From a virus (taxonomy: Duplodnaviria; Caudoviricetes): 64,000 bases of DNA. Both the position numbers and the translations under genes were made by a program. The notes below the pieces were generated by a model. The model made no database searches and was not told where the DNA came from. It worked only from the letters and a program-made list of their open reading frames with translations. Location of the stretch: positions 15,601-79,600 of IMG/VR virus record IMGVR_UViG_3300022407_004352, one strand, 5' to 3'. Of this stretch, positions 1 to 9,489 are shown piece after piece; position 1 is the stretch's first letter, and the number at the start of each line of letters is the position of its first letter.

Positions 1-2
1 AT

Positions 3-374
3 ACTGAAGGAGATATAGTATGTGTAAAGAAGAATTACATATTTCCAATATGCCTTGAAGTAAAGTTCTATGAAGACCTGAATTTTAACCATCTGCTTTA
101 TGATGTAAATTCCAAGATACGTGATTTTTGGCGCCAAACTCTGGATTCTGCTCGAAGGGCTGAGAAAGTACCAATGCTATTGATGAGGTATAACGGGTTA
201 CCAAAGAATTTCTTTTTTGTAGTATTACCGGTAAGTTTTGTTAGAGAACTGGGGGTGAGTGTAAAACCAGCTCTAACATATAATCAGAACTTCATTATCA
301 CTAATACCATTCAGGTATTAAAATGGGATTGGCATGAGGTTGACAAAATTTCAAAAAAACTATTAGAAATTTAA
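3..374 (+). CDS. Holliday junction resolvase-like PD-(D/E)XK nuclease (5'-truncated)
   Basis: Frame is open from the window edge: TEGDIVC...CLEVKFY...FWRQT...KVPMLLMRYN. The GD...EVK catalytic motif and W-x-Q/PML pattern fit phage Hjc-type resolvases. The ORF track shows only the last 66 aa. Confidence 0.7.
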   Translation, partial: TEGDIVCVKKNYIFPICLEVKFYEDLNFNHLLYDVNSKIRDFWRQTLDSARRAEKVPMLLMRYNGLPKNFFFVVLPVSFVRELGVSVKPALTYNQNFIITNTIQVLKWDWHEVDKISKKLLEI

Positions 375-378
375 AGCT

Positions 379-1083
379 ATGGCAAAAGTACCAATGGTTT
401 GGGTCGCTTGTTATGTAAACATAGACCGCCTACATACACTCTCACGAGATTTACACAAATACACGAAGTATAAGAAGGTAGAAGCATTTATACCCAAGGT
501 AAAGATTATTAAAAAGAAGTTCAAAGGTAAGAATCATTATGAAGAAATACCTTTGATGTTGAATTACGGGTTATTCAGGGTTCCCAGGTATTTCATTCCT
601 AACCCCTACTTCCTAGTGGAGATGAAAAAGGACATAGAGTGCATCTATAATTGGCTAACCGATGTAACTATACCCAAGAATGAACCCGTAATCCATTATG
701 GAGAGATACTATATAACCCCATGAGGGTAGCAGTGATAAAAGCCCATGAGATAGCCCCACTAGCAGAAGCAGCCAAGATAAATTCCATTTATACAGCCAA
801 GGATTTGGATACTTTATACCCGGGAAAGATCATCACTTTACGGGGTTACCCATTTGATAATATAGAGGCCGAGATTTTAAAGATAAACCCTTTGAAAAGG
901 GAAGTAGAGGTAAAATTGATACTCTTTGCATCCATTAAGGTTGTAAAGGTAGCTTTTGATAACATCTTTTTTACAATATACCAATCTCAATACCTTGACT
1001 CTGCTATGAAAGAACAAAGCATTGAGGATATTACTAAGAACCAAAAGTCCACCGATAATATATACAAAGATGACAAAGAATGA
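379..1083 (+). CDS. nusG: NusG/RfaH/UpxY-family transcription antitermination factor
   Basis: NGN-like N-terminus (WVACY...AFIP...KKKFKG...PLMLNYGLF) and KOW-like C-terminus (PGKIITLRGYPFDNIEAEILKINPLKREVEV). A paralog, not necessarily an ortholog. Confidence 0.8.
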   Translation: MAKVPMVWVACYVNIDRLHTLSRDLHKYTKYKKVEAFIPKVKIIKKKFKGKNHYEEIPLMLNYGLFRVPRYFIPNPYFLVEMKKDIECIYNWLTDVTIPKNEPVIHYGEILYNPMRVAVIKAHEIAPLAEAAKINSIYTAKDLDTLYPGKIITLRGYPFDNIEAEILKINPLKREVEVKLILFASIKVVKVAFDNIFFTIYQSQYLDSAMKEQSIEDITKNQKSTDNIYKDDKE

Positions 1084-2011
1084 GCAAGCCTGGGCAATAT
1101 TAAAAGAGGATGAGAAATTAGCCTTAACTCTGAAACATGGTCATGGAAAATCCACATGGGAAGCAGGTGAGATCATGGATAAAGCTCATTACAAGTTTTT
1201 GGAGATTGAAGCAAGAGCTAAGAAGTTTCTAAAGATATTCACTGAACACTTTGAGATGTTTGGAGAACTAATACCCCCGGGTGTAAAGATAGAGCCACGA
1301 TTCTTGAAGTACCTGGAATTAACCATGAGAGATAGGAAATCAATACCCGAAGTAATCTATGAGATTGGAGATACCGTATTTTCAATTCTAAGCTTCAGAG
1401 AAAGATTGATGATTGAAGAGATGGAAAAGATGCTGAAGGTGGAAAAGGTTACCTATCGGAGTTTAGCATTATTGATACTGGAGTTTGACCGATGGAATAA
1501 TTACAGGATTTTACCGAGAGAACTCCAAGAACCTTCGGCTTTTAAGAGACGAAACAAAAAGAATGATATTAAGAACATTAAAAACATTTGGGAGCTTAAT
1601 AGCTTTGTAGTAGACTTGATACATAAGAAGTACCAGATTCCGGAAACAATACAGGGGAAAATCATGTATGTACCATTACCCTCAAAACTATTGCCTGTGG
1701 AAAAGTATATGCTTGTAGCAAAGTACTCGGAAAAAAGCTTAAAGGAGCTAACCCGGCTGGGTCTATATGCTTTCTCAAAGAGGGTTTTTGCTCAGGAATT
1801 TTTAGACTTGATCCTATCTTACAAGGCCGGTAATTTTAAGCATCCGAAAGAGGGACTTAAGTTTTGGCCGAAGTATAGATTAAGTACTAAAAATGCTATT
1901 AATTATAACTTTATTCAGAAAAGAATTGCAAGCCGGAAATTTCTTGACTCAGCTCTTCGTGACATGGATATAAATTTTGCTAGGCCAAAGAAAACTCCGG
2001 AATTTATTTAA
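1070..2011 (+). CDS. Putative transcription regulator with N-terminal sigma region-4-like HTH
   Basis: WAILKEDEKLALTLKHGHGKSTWEAGEIM resembles a sigma4/LuxR-type HTH. ATG at 1070 is preferred over 1022. Confidence 0.4.
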   Translation: MTKNEQAWAILKEDEKLALTLKHGHGKSTWEAGEIMDKAHYKFLEIEARAKKFLKIFTEHFEMFGELIPPGVKIEPRFLKYLELTMRDRKSIPEVIYEIGDTVFSILSFRERLMIEEMEKMLKVEKVTYRSLALLILEFDRWNNYRILPRELQEPSAFKRRNKKNDIKNIKNIWELNSFVVDLIHKKYQIPETIQGKIMYVPLPSKLLPVEKYMLVAKYSEKSLKELTRLGLYAFSKRVFAQEFLDLILSYKAGNFKHPKEGLKFWPKYRLSTKNAINYNFIQKRIASRKFLDSALRDMDINFARPKKTPEFI

Positions 2012-2019
2012 TATCTTTG
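2012..2019 (+). promoter_or_regulatory. Bacteroidota sigmaA-type -7 box (TATCTTTG)
   Basis: Exact TAnnTTTG match about 28 nt before the ATG at 2047, followed by an A-rich leader. Confidence 0.6.
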
Positions 2020-2046
2020 TGTTTCCAAAATAAAAATAATAAAATT

Positions 2047-2577
2047 ATGGAAACTTTGTTAGGTAAAAACAACCCAAGGTATCTTAAGTTGATGGAGATC
2101 AGTAAACTAAGAGACCCGGAGTTAAGAGCAGCTGCTATTGAGAGGGGCTATCCAATAGAGAAACTACGGATAGGTTCTCTTGCAGAACTTACGAATTGGT
2201 TATTGGATCATTATGAGGATGGGGTAGATAAGAGTAAATTAGCTGCTGCCTCAAAGATAGCTCCAGTATCTAAGAAGGGGATTAAATTACCCATGATTGC
2301 TAAGCCCGAAAAGATAGAACCCAAGGTAAAGAAACCTAAAGGAGAGAAGAGAGTAAAGAATACTGAGCTGGGTATCTACAAGGGAACTAAGAAGGAGTAT
2401 ACCTACTTTCTAGCTAAAGACTTATTCACTAAGTTTGGAAAGGAAGATACTGCTAAGGAGTTGATTGCTAATTACTCAGCTCAGGTATTTGCTAAGATAG
2501 AGAAGAAATTTGGTACTGTATCTGAAAAATCGGTTAAAATTTGGATGAAGCGATGTCTGGACGGTCTGTATACATAG
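2047..2577 (+). CDS. Hypothetical basic protein (two small helical domains, Lys-rich linker)
   Basis: ORF follows a promoter and A-rich leader; ATG 2047 preferred to the track start at 2017. Confidence 0.7.
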   Translation: METLLGKNNPRYLKLMEISKLRDPELRAAAIERGYPIEKLRIGSLAELTNWLLDHYEDGVDKSKLAAASKIAPVSKKGIKLPMIAKPEKIEPKVKKPKGEKRVKNTELGIYKGTKKEYTYFLAKDLFTKFGKEDTAKELIANYSAQVFAKIEKKFGTVSEKSVKIWMKRCLDGLYT

Positions 2578-2921
2578 AGCCCAAAAAGGATACTTGGTAT
2601 GTAGTGGAGATAACAAACCCACGTTACCCATTAGCCTTTCGGTATGAGTTTGAATCGGAAGCTGAGGCTAAAAGAGCAGTAAAGCAACTGAGGCAAAGGC
2701 CCGGTAAATTCAGATGCTTGACAGGAGCAGGACTACTAGAGTATAATATTCCGATAAGGAAGAGTAAGAGGTTCAGGTGGATTAAGTATGATTACCCACT
2801 TTCGGCATATGAATCCCTAAAGAAAAAGAAATGGTACAGAAGTAATACCCGAAGGAAGTTACAGGAACTAAAACCGGAAATTCTTAAAAAACGATACCCT
2901 GAATTAAATAGATTATTATGA
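2553..2921 (+). CDS. Hypothetical protein with YxYP...KKxxR motif
   Basis: ORF; C-terminal KYDYPLSAYESLKKKKWYRSNTRRKL. Confidence 0.65.
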   Translation: MSGRSVYIEPKKDTWYVVEITNPRYPLAFRYEFESEAEAKRAVKQLRQRPGKFRCLTGAGLLEYNIPIRKSKRFRWIKYDYPLSAYESLKKKKWYRSNTRRKLQELKPEILKKRYPELNRLL

Positions 2922-3169
2922 ACATCACAACATTTAAAATACCGGCAAGAATTTACCGGGATGGAGATCAGATCAAGCTAGAGCTTGATGAATCCAAGAA
3001 AGAGTTAGTAGGTTCTGAAAGACTATCAGCCGATGATATACAATCATTACCGGGTTTGGCTCAGAAGATCGGGGCAGATAATGAATCTGCTAGAGCGATA
3101 TTGAGAAAAACTTTACTATCAAGTGAGGAAGAGGCCAATAACTTCCTTATCATGAAGATACTGTCTTAG
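2918..3169 (+). CDS. Hypothetical protein
   Basis: ORF coupled to the previous gene by ATGA overlap. Confidence 0.6.
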   Translation: MNITTFKIPARIYRDGDQIKLELDESKKELVGSERLSADDIQSLPGLAQKIGADNESARAILRKTLLSSEEEANNFLIMKILS

Positions 3170-3194
3170 CGGATAGTTTTTTTTTATTTTGGGG

Positions 3195-3232
3195 GTGGAA
3201 GCTGGATTAATTTCTAGCTTCCACTTATTTTT
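3195..3232 (+). terminator. Intrinsic terminator-like hairpin
   Basis: GTGGAAGCTGGA/TCTAGCTTCCAC stem with T-rich tracts on both sides. Confidence 0.6.
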
Positions 3233-3303
3233 TATGGTAAATTTAGCTTGATAACCCAATGCTATTTATAAATGAATTTTCAAACTTAAATTAATTAATT
3301 TTT

Positions 3304-3729
<426 letters not shown>

Positions 3730-3746
3730 ACCCAAACCCCGGAAAG

Positions 3747-3775
3747 AGGAGAGCCTGAAAACTCTCCTTTTTTTG
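3747..3775 (+). terminator. Intrinsic terminator
   Basis: AGGAGAG/CTCTCCT stem followed by a T-run. Confidence 0.8.
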
Positions 3776-3797
3776 TATATATGAGGAGCTATAAGAA

Positions 3798-3980
3798 ATG
3801 AATACCAAAGAACTTGAAGAACTTCGCCAAAAAGTTTGGCAGTTTATGAACTACATCAAAGATAAGGACCTTAACCCAGCCGGTACTCTTAGAACAACGG
3901 AAACCTTCTATGAGGTTATTCTAAGAGAGCAGAGTATGCAGAATCACTTTAACTCAACCGAAGACAAGATTTCCACATGA
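3798..3980 (+). CDS. Hypothetical protein
   Basis: ORF, coupled to the next gene. Confidence 0.6.
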   Translation: MNTKELEELRQKVWQFMNYIKDKDLNPAGTLRTTETFYEVILREQSMQNHFNSTEDKIST

Positions 3981-4363
3981 AAAGATTTAAAGACTTAGTA
4001 AAGGGTGACAAGATATACATCGTGGAACCAATGACCGACAACGTAAGAGAGAGTACGGTAGTAGAATCCTTTGTACATCCCAAATCCTTAACAAAGAAGG
4101 TTTGGGTAGTAAAGTTCTACAAGTTATCTAATATCAGCTCTTTAACAGAGGAGAAGATGGAGATAGCCCGGAAGTATGATAGCGATGTAGTCTTAACAAT
4201 GTTTGCTGAGGCTGTAGAATCCCTGATCATAGCAAAGATACCATCCAAGAATGGCATAGCAGTAACCGCATTTAGTACAGACAAAGAAAAACTAGAATCA
4301 TGGGTAAAGAAATCGGGAAGGGATACAGCCGAGATGCTCAAACTTCTGAAAGGATCGGCTTAG
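3977..4363 (+). CDS. Hypothetical protein (N-terminal SH3-like beta pattern)
   Basis: ORF with ATGA overlap; FKDLVKGDKIYIV start. Confidence 0.65.
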   Translation: MKRFKDLVKGDKIYIVEPMTDNVRESTVVESFVHPKSLTKKVWVVKFYKLSNISSLTEEKMEIARKYDSDVVLTMFAEAVESLIIAKIPSKNGIAVTAFSTDKEKLESWVKKSGRDTAEMLKLLKGSA

Positions 4364-4617
4364 ACTTGGATATTGAGGATGCCTCATCACTTTATTTAAT
4401 CCTCAAGTACTTTATAGTGGATTATGATAATAGACTTCAACGTATAGAGGAAGATACGGACTTGAGCGAAGAAACTAGGAAGGATGCCAAAGAAATCGAG
4501 TCTCAATTGTTGGAAGATGCAAAAAACATAGCAGAGGAAGTAGGCGAGATATTGGTAGAGTTAGATAAGCCCAAAAAACTAATCTTTACTAAACCCTCAT
4601 GGAAGCAAGATCAGTAG
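4300..4617 (+). CDS. Hypothetical acidic helical protein
   Basis: ORF; true start uncertain. Confidence 0.55.
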   Translation: MGKEIGKGYSRDAQTSERIGLDLDIEDASSLYLILKYFIVDYDNRLQRIEEDTDLSEETRKDAKEIESQLLEDAKNIAEEVGEILVELDKPKKLIFTKPSWKQDQ

Positions 4618-5234
4618 TAAAACCTAAGAACCCCAAATCCTACAACAAGATAGCCGAAAAAATATACACCCTACACCGGGGTATGGTGGATCACCAATTA
4701 AAGTATCCCAAGTTTACTAAAATCCACAAAACTCAACTATACTCACTTTATCCAAAGAACATACCCCAGGCTTATGAGCCATTGATGCATCTAATCTGTA
4801 GGTATACTGCTACTCGGGGTAAGATGATTCGATTGATAGACCCCGAAAAACCCTACCCTGTTAAATCTCTATCCATCATCGGCGGATACAAAGATGTGTT
4901 ATTAGCAGGTTATTATTGTCAAATGGTTTTTGAGTATATAACTATTGCTTCAGAAAGAAGGTCTTTAATTTTAAAGAGAAGAGCTAAGCAGGAAAGAGTA
5001 AGAGTGAATAGGGGAACACTGGATGAAAAGAAAAGAAGATATACCAAACATACCAATCGAGTTGCAACAGAGTGGACTAAGAAACTTACCAAGTCCACTG
5101 AGGACATTTTCAGAGAACTATTAAAGGACACCGAAGATATTTATCCGGAGGCTTTTTTGATTATTAAAAATAAGTTAGGAATTTTGAGAAACGAAATAAT
5201 TAAAAAACAAATATGGAGAAAACCCACACATTGA
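4599..5234 (+). CDS. Hypothetical protein
   Basis: 211-aa ORF in a tightly packed operon. Confidence 0.65.
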   Translation: MEARSVVKPKNPKSYNKIAEKIYTLHRGMVDHQLKYPKFTKIHKTQLYSLYPKNIPQAYEPLMHLICRYTATRGKMIRLIDPEKPYPVKSLSIIGGYKDVLLAGYYCQMVFEYITIASERRSLILKRRAKQERVRVNRGTLDEKKRRYTKHTNRVATEWTKKLTKSTEDIFRELLKDTEDIYPEAFLIIKNKLGILRNEIIKKQIWRKPTH

Positions 5235-5608
5235 GGTCTTTGCTTTATGGCTGGGAATCTGCCAAGAAGAGATTGGAGGCAGCATCCGCCGATAAAAGCA
5301 AACTAGCTACAAGGTATGGAGTGATGTATTGGAAGAGAGAAGTACAAGCTGCGGAAAGAGCAGAGGAACATTGGAGAACTAAAATTTCAAAGTTTGGTTC
5401 AGGTAAGCTAATAAAAGTTACAGGGCAGGTGAGGGTAGTTATGGGGGGTTTAGGTTTAAATCAAGAGTTTGAGTTATTTATGGTCAATGTATCCAAAGAG
5501 GATGTATTGGAGTACTTAAAAGCTCAAGCGGATAATAGCTTACAGCAAATTTTGCTCGAGACTATTGAACTCAAAGAATTCCAAACAGGAAGATTAATAA
5601 TTGTTTAA
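5213..5608 (+). CDS. Hypothetical protein
   Basis: ORF in a packed operon. Confidence 0.65.
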   Translation: MEKTHTLRSLLYGWESAKKRLEAASADKSKLATRYGVMYWKREVQAAERAEEHWRTKISKFGSGKLIKVTGQVRVVMGGLGLNQEFELFMVNVSKEDVLEYLKAQADNSLQQILLETIELKEFQTGRLIIV

Positions 5609-5629
5609 CTTTAAAAAACCCAGTTTTCT

Positions 5630-6250
5630 ATGAAAACCAAAAAAGGCGGGCTGACCTATGACTCAGCCAAAACTGAATTAGCTTCAGTAAAGGAAGAGCT
5701 AGGAGTAGCATCTTCTGAGTTGAAAGATTTTCTCAAAAGCAATAAGCTGAAGAGAGATGAAGATCACTCAAAGCACTCGGACAAGAAAATCGCTAAGCAA
5801 TACAATGCTCTAGTAGCAGCTGTAGATGCTAAGCAGAATCGGAAGGATGAGCTCTTGACGTTCTTAAAGAACAACAAACCGGAGCCAAAAGAAAGAGAGT
5901 CCAAATACAACTACCCATCGGAAGTTGAATCCACTTTGGACAAAAAGAAATACCGTGCATCCATGCGATCCAATGCAAAGAAAGCCGGTGTGGAATTGGA
6001 TACTTATCTGGCTGACCCCAAGAAGTATGCAAAGGTGATTGCAGAGAAGGAGAAGGCAAGAGCTGAGAAATTGGCTAAGAAAACAGCTCCTAAGAAAAAG
6101 AAGAAAGCTGCTGAAGAAGAGGCTCCGGTAAAGAAACTGAAGTTGAAGAAATCAGCTGAGGAAGAAGCTCCCAAAAAGAAACTGAAGAAGAAAGTTAAAG
6201 CAGCTCCGGCACCGGAAGCTGAAGAGGAAGAAGCTGGGGGTGAAGATTAA
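5630..6250 (+). CDS. Lys/Ala/Glu-rich histone-H1-like protein with YxYP...KKYR motif
   Basis: Coiled coil, KYNYPSEVESTLDKKKYRASMR, AEEEAP repeats within poly-Lys tails; followed by a terminator. Confidence 0.7.
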   Translation: MKTKKGGLTYDSAKTELASVKEELGVASSELKDFLKSNKLKRDEDHSKHSDKKIAKQYNALVAAVDAKQNRKDELLTFLKNNKPEPKERESKYNYPSEVESTLDKKKYRASMRSNAKKAGVELDTYLADPKKYAKVIAEKEKARAEKLAKKTAPKKKKKAAEEEAPVKKLKLKKSAEEEAPKKKLKKKVKAAPAPEAEEEEAGGED

Positions 6251-6276
6251 TTCTCATTAAAACCATGAACTGCATA

Positions 6277-6313
6277 GAAAATAGCCAGCGGGATTATCCT
6301 TCTGGCTATTTCT
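6277..6313 (+). terminator. Intrinsic terminator-like hairpin
   Basis: AAATAGCCAG/CTGGCTATTT stem. Confidence 0.65.
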
Positions 6314-6333
6314 GTTATTAACCGTACCATACT

Positions 6334-6846
6334 ATGTTAACTGAACAATACACACAGATACTAAAGGATATTGCTGCTAAACCCACTATGGAAAAACTGA
6401 TTGAGTATCTGAAAGAACTCAACTTTGAATTCATGGACATGGAGCTAGCTCAAAAACTAGAGCCGGAGATAAAATGCGAGAAGGCCTGGATGCTGCGATA
6501 TTCATACTTAGTTCGTAGATATGAAAAACAACGATTTGATTTTGACCTTATGATTGGGGTAAGATTCATGGGTATAAGAATGCCTAAATATCTGGTATTC
6601 ATTAACAAAGACTATGCTGAAACTTTCGATAAGCCCTGGCATAAACCCCAAGAGTTCAACCAACGAAAGAAGAAGGTGTTATTGAAATTTCCGGATGAGC
6701 TGGATATTGAGGAAAGAAAGGAATGGCGGAAATATCATGACTGGTGGAAAAAGGGAAGAAAGATGAATGATGAGCAGATGGCATGGTATATGAAATTTAA
6801 ACCCATGATCAAGAACTTGGATAAAGAATTTGACCACCTTAATTAA
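6334..6846 (+). CDS. Hypothetical protein
   Basis: 170-aa ORF. Confidence 0.65.
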   Translation: MLTEQYTQILKDIAAKPTMEKLIEYLKELNFEFMDMELAQKLEPEIKCEKAWMLRYSYLVRRYEKQRFDFDLMIGVRFMGIRMPKYLVFINKDYAETFDKPWHKPQEFNQRKKKVLLKFPDELDIEERKEWRKYHDWWKKGRKMNDEQMAWYMKFKPMIKNLDKEFDHLN

Positions 6847-6863
6847 CTATAAAACCCATGTAT

Positions 6864-6871
6864 TAAATTTG
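6864..6871 (+). promoter_or_regulatory. Possible -7 box (TAAATTTG)
   Basis: TAnnTTTG match in an intergenic gap. Confidence 0.4.
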
Positions 6872-6958
6872 CATAAATGATCAAAGAAAAGATTACCAAG
6901 GTGACCTATCAGATAGGTTTCTTTTTGGAACCCGAATATGTAACCCATTTTTTAAATT

Positions 6959-7309
6959 ATGAATATGCTAAGCAGACAACAAAAAGCAATAATCAGAAAG
7001 GCAGCAAAACTGCAGGAAGAAAGTTTTATGCGAATAATCACAGAAGGAAGACTTAGAGAAATTATGCAAGAGTTACAGGATGAGGGTTATGAAGTTACGA
7101 TGAGTGACCTGGAGGCTAGGGTATCTAAGGATTTGGAGGTATGGGATTCTGTAAAGGATAATCCGGACGGATTTCTCCACATACTGGATGAGGTTAATTT
7201 GGGAATGATAAGGCATGTTCTAGTGAATGAATTTCGATCCACGGATCATATCAAAGGATTACATCGAAAATTAAACTTATTTGAGGAAGTATCTAAATTT
7301 CAAAACTAA
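6959..7309 (+). CDS. Hypothetical protein
   Basis: ORF coupled to the KTSC gene (TAATG overlap). Confidence 0.65.
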   Translation: MNMLSRQQKAIIRKAAKLQEESFMRIITEGRLREIMQELQDEGYEVTMSDLEARVSKDLEVWDSVKDNPDGFLHILDEVNLGMIRHVLVNEFRSTDHIKGLHRKLNLFEEVSKFQN

Positions 7310-7632
7310 TGGCAAAGAAGAAAACCAAGGTAACGGAGGTTCAAGGAATCCCACCTTTACCAAAAGAAGTAAAAGAAGAAGTTACCGTAGTGCTAAAGAA
7401 ATCTACTGAAGCCCCGGAAATTGCGCGCCTACCTGTAGAATCATCCACAATCGCTGCACTGGGCCATGATGGTGATACGTTGGTAATTGAGTTTAAGAGC
7501 GGTCCAGTATGGAGCTATACCCCCATAAGTAAGGATACCTACCTTAATATGCTGGATTCGGATTCTTTGGGCAGGTATTTTCATCTGAACATAAAATACA
7601 ACAGAGAGATCACTGCCACTAGATTGGCATAG
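7309..7632 (+). CDS. KTSC-domain protein
   Basis: PVESSTIAALGHDGDTLVIEFKSGPVWSY...YLNMLDSDSLGRYFHLNIK matches the KTSC pattern. Confidence 0.85.
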   Translation: MAKKKTKVTEVQGIPPLPKEVKEEVTVVLKKSTEAPEIARLPVESSTIAALGHDGDTLVIEFKSGPVWSYTPISKDTYLNMLDSDSLGRYFHLNIKYNREITATRLA

Positions 7633-7689
7633 AAAGAACTAGAGAGAATTGAGTTACTATTTATTATTAATCATAAAAACCCAGTATCT

Positions 7690-7875
7690 ATGGAAACAAT
7701 GAGTCAGTATTTAAAATTGAGAGAGTTGGTTGACTCTCTTGAGCCCCATGCCGTAAAGGTAAAGGAGAAACACAACAAGGCAGCCGGAACAAGGTTGAGA
7801 AAAGGCCTGCAGGAAGTTAAGAAACAAGCGCAATTTTTGCGCGCCCAAATCATGGAAGATTTGAAAAAGGCTTAA
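7690..7875 (+). CDS. Histone H1-like protein (Hc1-family, short Bacteroidota type)
   Basis: LRELVDSLE...KHNKAAGTRLRKGLQEVKKQAQ..R is the family signature (NKAAGTRxRK). Confidence 0.85.
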   Translation: METMSQYLKLRELVDSLEPHAVKVKEKHNKAAGTRLRKGLQEVKKQAQFLRAQIMEDLKKA

Positions 7876-7883
7876 ACCAAACT

Positions 7884-7966
7884 TGAACGGGGCTTATGTC
7901 AGGAAGGTCTGTCTGCGGATAAGACTCTGGAGCCTGCAGGTCCATAAGACCCCGTTCATTTTATTT
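7884..7966 (+). ncRNA. Extended multi-stem hairpin with U-tail (structured RNA or attenuator/terminator)
   Basis: 15-bp basal stem TGAACGGGGCTTATG/CATAAG(A)CCCCGTTCA, inner CAGG/CCTG and GTCT/AGAC stems, then TTTTATTT. Confidence 0.4.
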
Positions 7967-7999
7967 CCATGGCTAATTGATTCCGAGTATTCCGATTCT

Positions 8000-8037
8000 C
8001 ATATTTGCATTAATAAAAAATAAATCAATCACCTATG
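8000..8037 (+). promoter_or_regulatory. Promoter-leader cassette (CATATTTG variant + AAATCAATCA leader)
   Basis: One mismatch from TAnnTTTG; leader shared with other cassettes. Confidence 0.5.
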
Positions 8038-8319
8038 CAAAAATTAACTTATTACCGATTCCAAGTAGGCAAGTTTGCGATCCTTAAAGAAGATGAGATT
8101 CATGAGGGTAAAAAGATTCTTGCCGGAACATTAATCAAGATTTTAAACTTTCCATTCAAAGTACGCAAGGGCGACCAAGACGATGGTTATATACACAGAC
8201 CCAAGAAGGGGGTGGAGACCTGGGTAGTTTATGACCGATTCATTCATGGGATTGATGTGGAAGGTAACCATGTAAGACCATCTTTATCTAAATGCCTTAG
8301 AACCAGAAAATCCTTTTAA
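8035..8319 (+). CDS. Hypothetical protein
   Basis: First ORF after the cassette. Confidence 0.65.
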   Translation: MQKLTYYRFQVGKFAILKEDEIHEGKKILAGTLIKILNFPFKVRKGDQDDGYIHRPKKGVETWVVYDRFIHGIDVEGNHVRPSLSKCLRTRKSF

Positions 8320-8321
8320 TT

Positions 8322-8693
8322 ATGAAATACCTATTTTATATCATTATTGCCCTGATGTTCTTTCATTTCCTGACGAAAGATTCCAACCCCCCACCCGAGA
8401 AATTCAAACCCTTTCCGGAAGTAAGGTGGGATTCTACCAAAGGGGATGCAGCCTATTTTGACTGGGAGCAAAATCGTTACGTATATAAACATGAACTTAA
8501 GCCCGAAGGAAAGAGGGAAAAGATACCCCTTACTGCTAAACCCGATTCCTATGTACAAATCGTTGAACCCGGTTATGCAATCAAAGATGACTATGAGATT
8601 CAAAAACCCGATCCGGAAATCATTATTGCTGGAAAGAGGTATAGGCAAAGGAAATTGGCTAATGGCGATATAAAATTAATCCTTGTAAGATGA
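8322..8693 (+). CDS. Putative membrane-anchored/exported protein
   Basis: N-terminal hydrophobic segment MKYLFYIIIALMFFHFL. Confidence 0.6.
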   Translation: MKYLFYIIIALMFFHFLTKDSNPPPEKFKPFPEVRWDSTKGDAAYFDWEQNRYVYKHELKPEGKREKIPLTAKPDSYVQIVEPGYAIKDDYEIQKPDPEIIIAGKRYRQRKLANGDIKLILVR

Positions 8694-8956
8694 GAACCAT
8701 GAAAGAACTACTTCAGCTAATATTAGGAAACGAAAAATTGTTCGAGACGGGACTTTGTCGATGGGCTGTAATACTTAGGCTACGGGGTTTGATTACCTTT
8801 GAGGAATATCTAAGGATAATAAACCATATATTTCTTAATAAGCCCGATCATGTGATCACAGCTTTATCTACATATTGGTGGGATTCAGGGTTAAAAGAAC
8901 TTAGAATTACTTGGTTAAAGGAACAGATAAAACTATTGGATAATGACCATAAATGA
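8690..8956 (+). CDS. Hypothetical protein
   Basis: Coupled ORF. Confidence 0.6.
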   Translation: MRTMKELLQLILGNEKLFETGLCRWAVILRLRGLITFEEYLRIINHIFLNKPDHVITALSTYWWDSGLKELRITWLKEQIKLLDNDHK

Positions 8957-9218
8957 CATCCACCTGAATGACGAGGTAGGAGGTACAAGAGTAGTATTTA
9001 TTCTTGCCTATCCGAATAAGGAGTTATCTAAAGTATTTAACTTCGTGGGGATTGATCCAAAAGGGACCTATCGGTTATTTAGGCATGATTCTAGTGGAGA
9101 ATTATACTCTACGGATATGGAAGGATCAAACTTAAAAGATTTGATACTAGAAGTACTAGAATTAATGAAGGAAGAAATAAAACTTAAACACAAACCCTTT
9201 ACTTATGGACAAGGTTAA
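8943..9218 (+). CDS. Hypothetical protein
   Basis: Coupled ORF. Confidence 0.6.
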   Translation: MTINDIHLNDEVGGTRVVFILAYPNKELSKVFNFVGIDPKGTYRLFRHDSSGELYSTDMEGSNLKDLILEVLELMKEEIKLKHKPFTYGQG

Positions 9219-9489
9219 CATGATTATGGAACGATTTGACTTTGCTAAGGTTATAGCATATATGACCTTAGTCAACTGGGTTCAAGCTGACGGACAGGTG
9301 ATTCCCATTGGAGAACTGCAAAACATAGCCCGGGATTTGATGCTTCGAGTGCTGCATATAGATTATGGAGATGGGTTACCTGCAGTACCTCGATGGGATG
9401 AGGATACTGGGCTAGTAGCCTGGGTGAATGAGAATAACCAAATCGTGTTACATTTTTATATTGAGAGCAAAACCTCCTATGACCTATGA
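9205..9489 (+). CDS. Hypothetical protein
   Basis: Coupled ORF. Confidence 0.6.
   Translation: MDKVNMIMERFDFAKVIAYMTLVNWVQADGQVIPIGELQNIARDLMLRVLHIDYGDGLPAVPRWDEDTGLVAWVNENNQIVLHFYIESKTSYDL

Noticed and set aside
6878-7057. 59-aa alternative ORF after the 6864 box
   Set aside because: It overlaps the 6959 gene out of frame by about 100 nt, and there is not enough evidence to prefer it.
7884-7958. SRP RNA or tRNA
   Set aside because: No GGAA-tetraloop SRP domain IV and no cloverleaf/TTC loop. No tRNA was recognised anywhere in the window.
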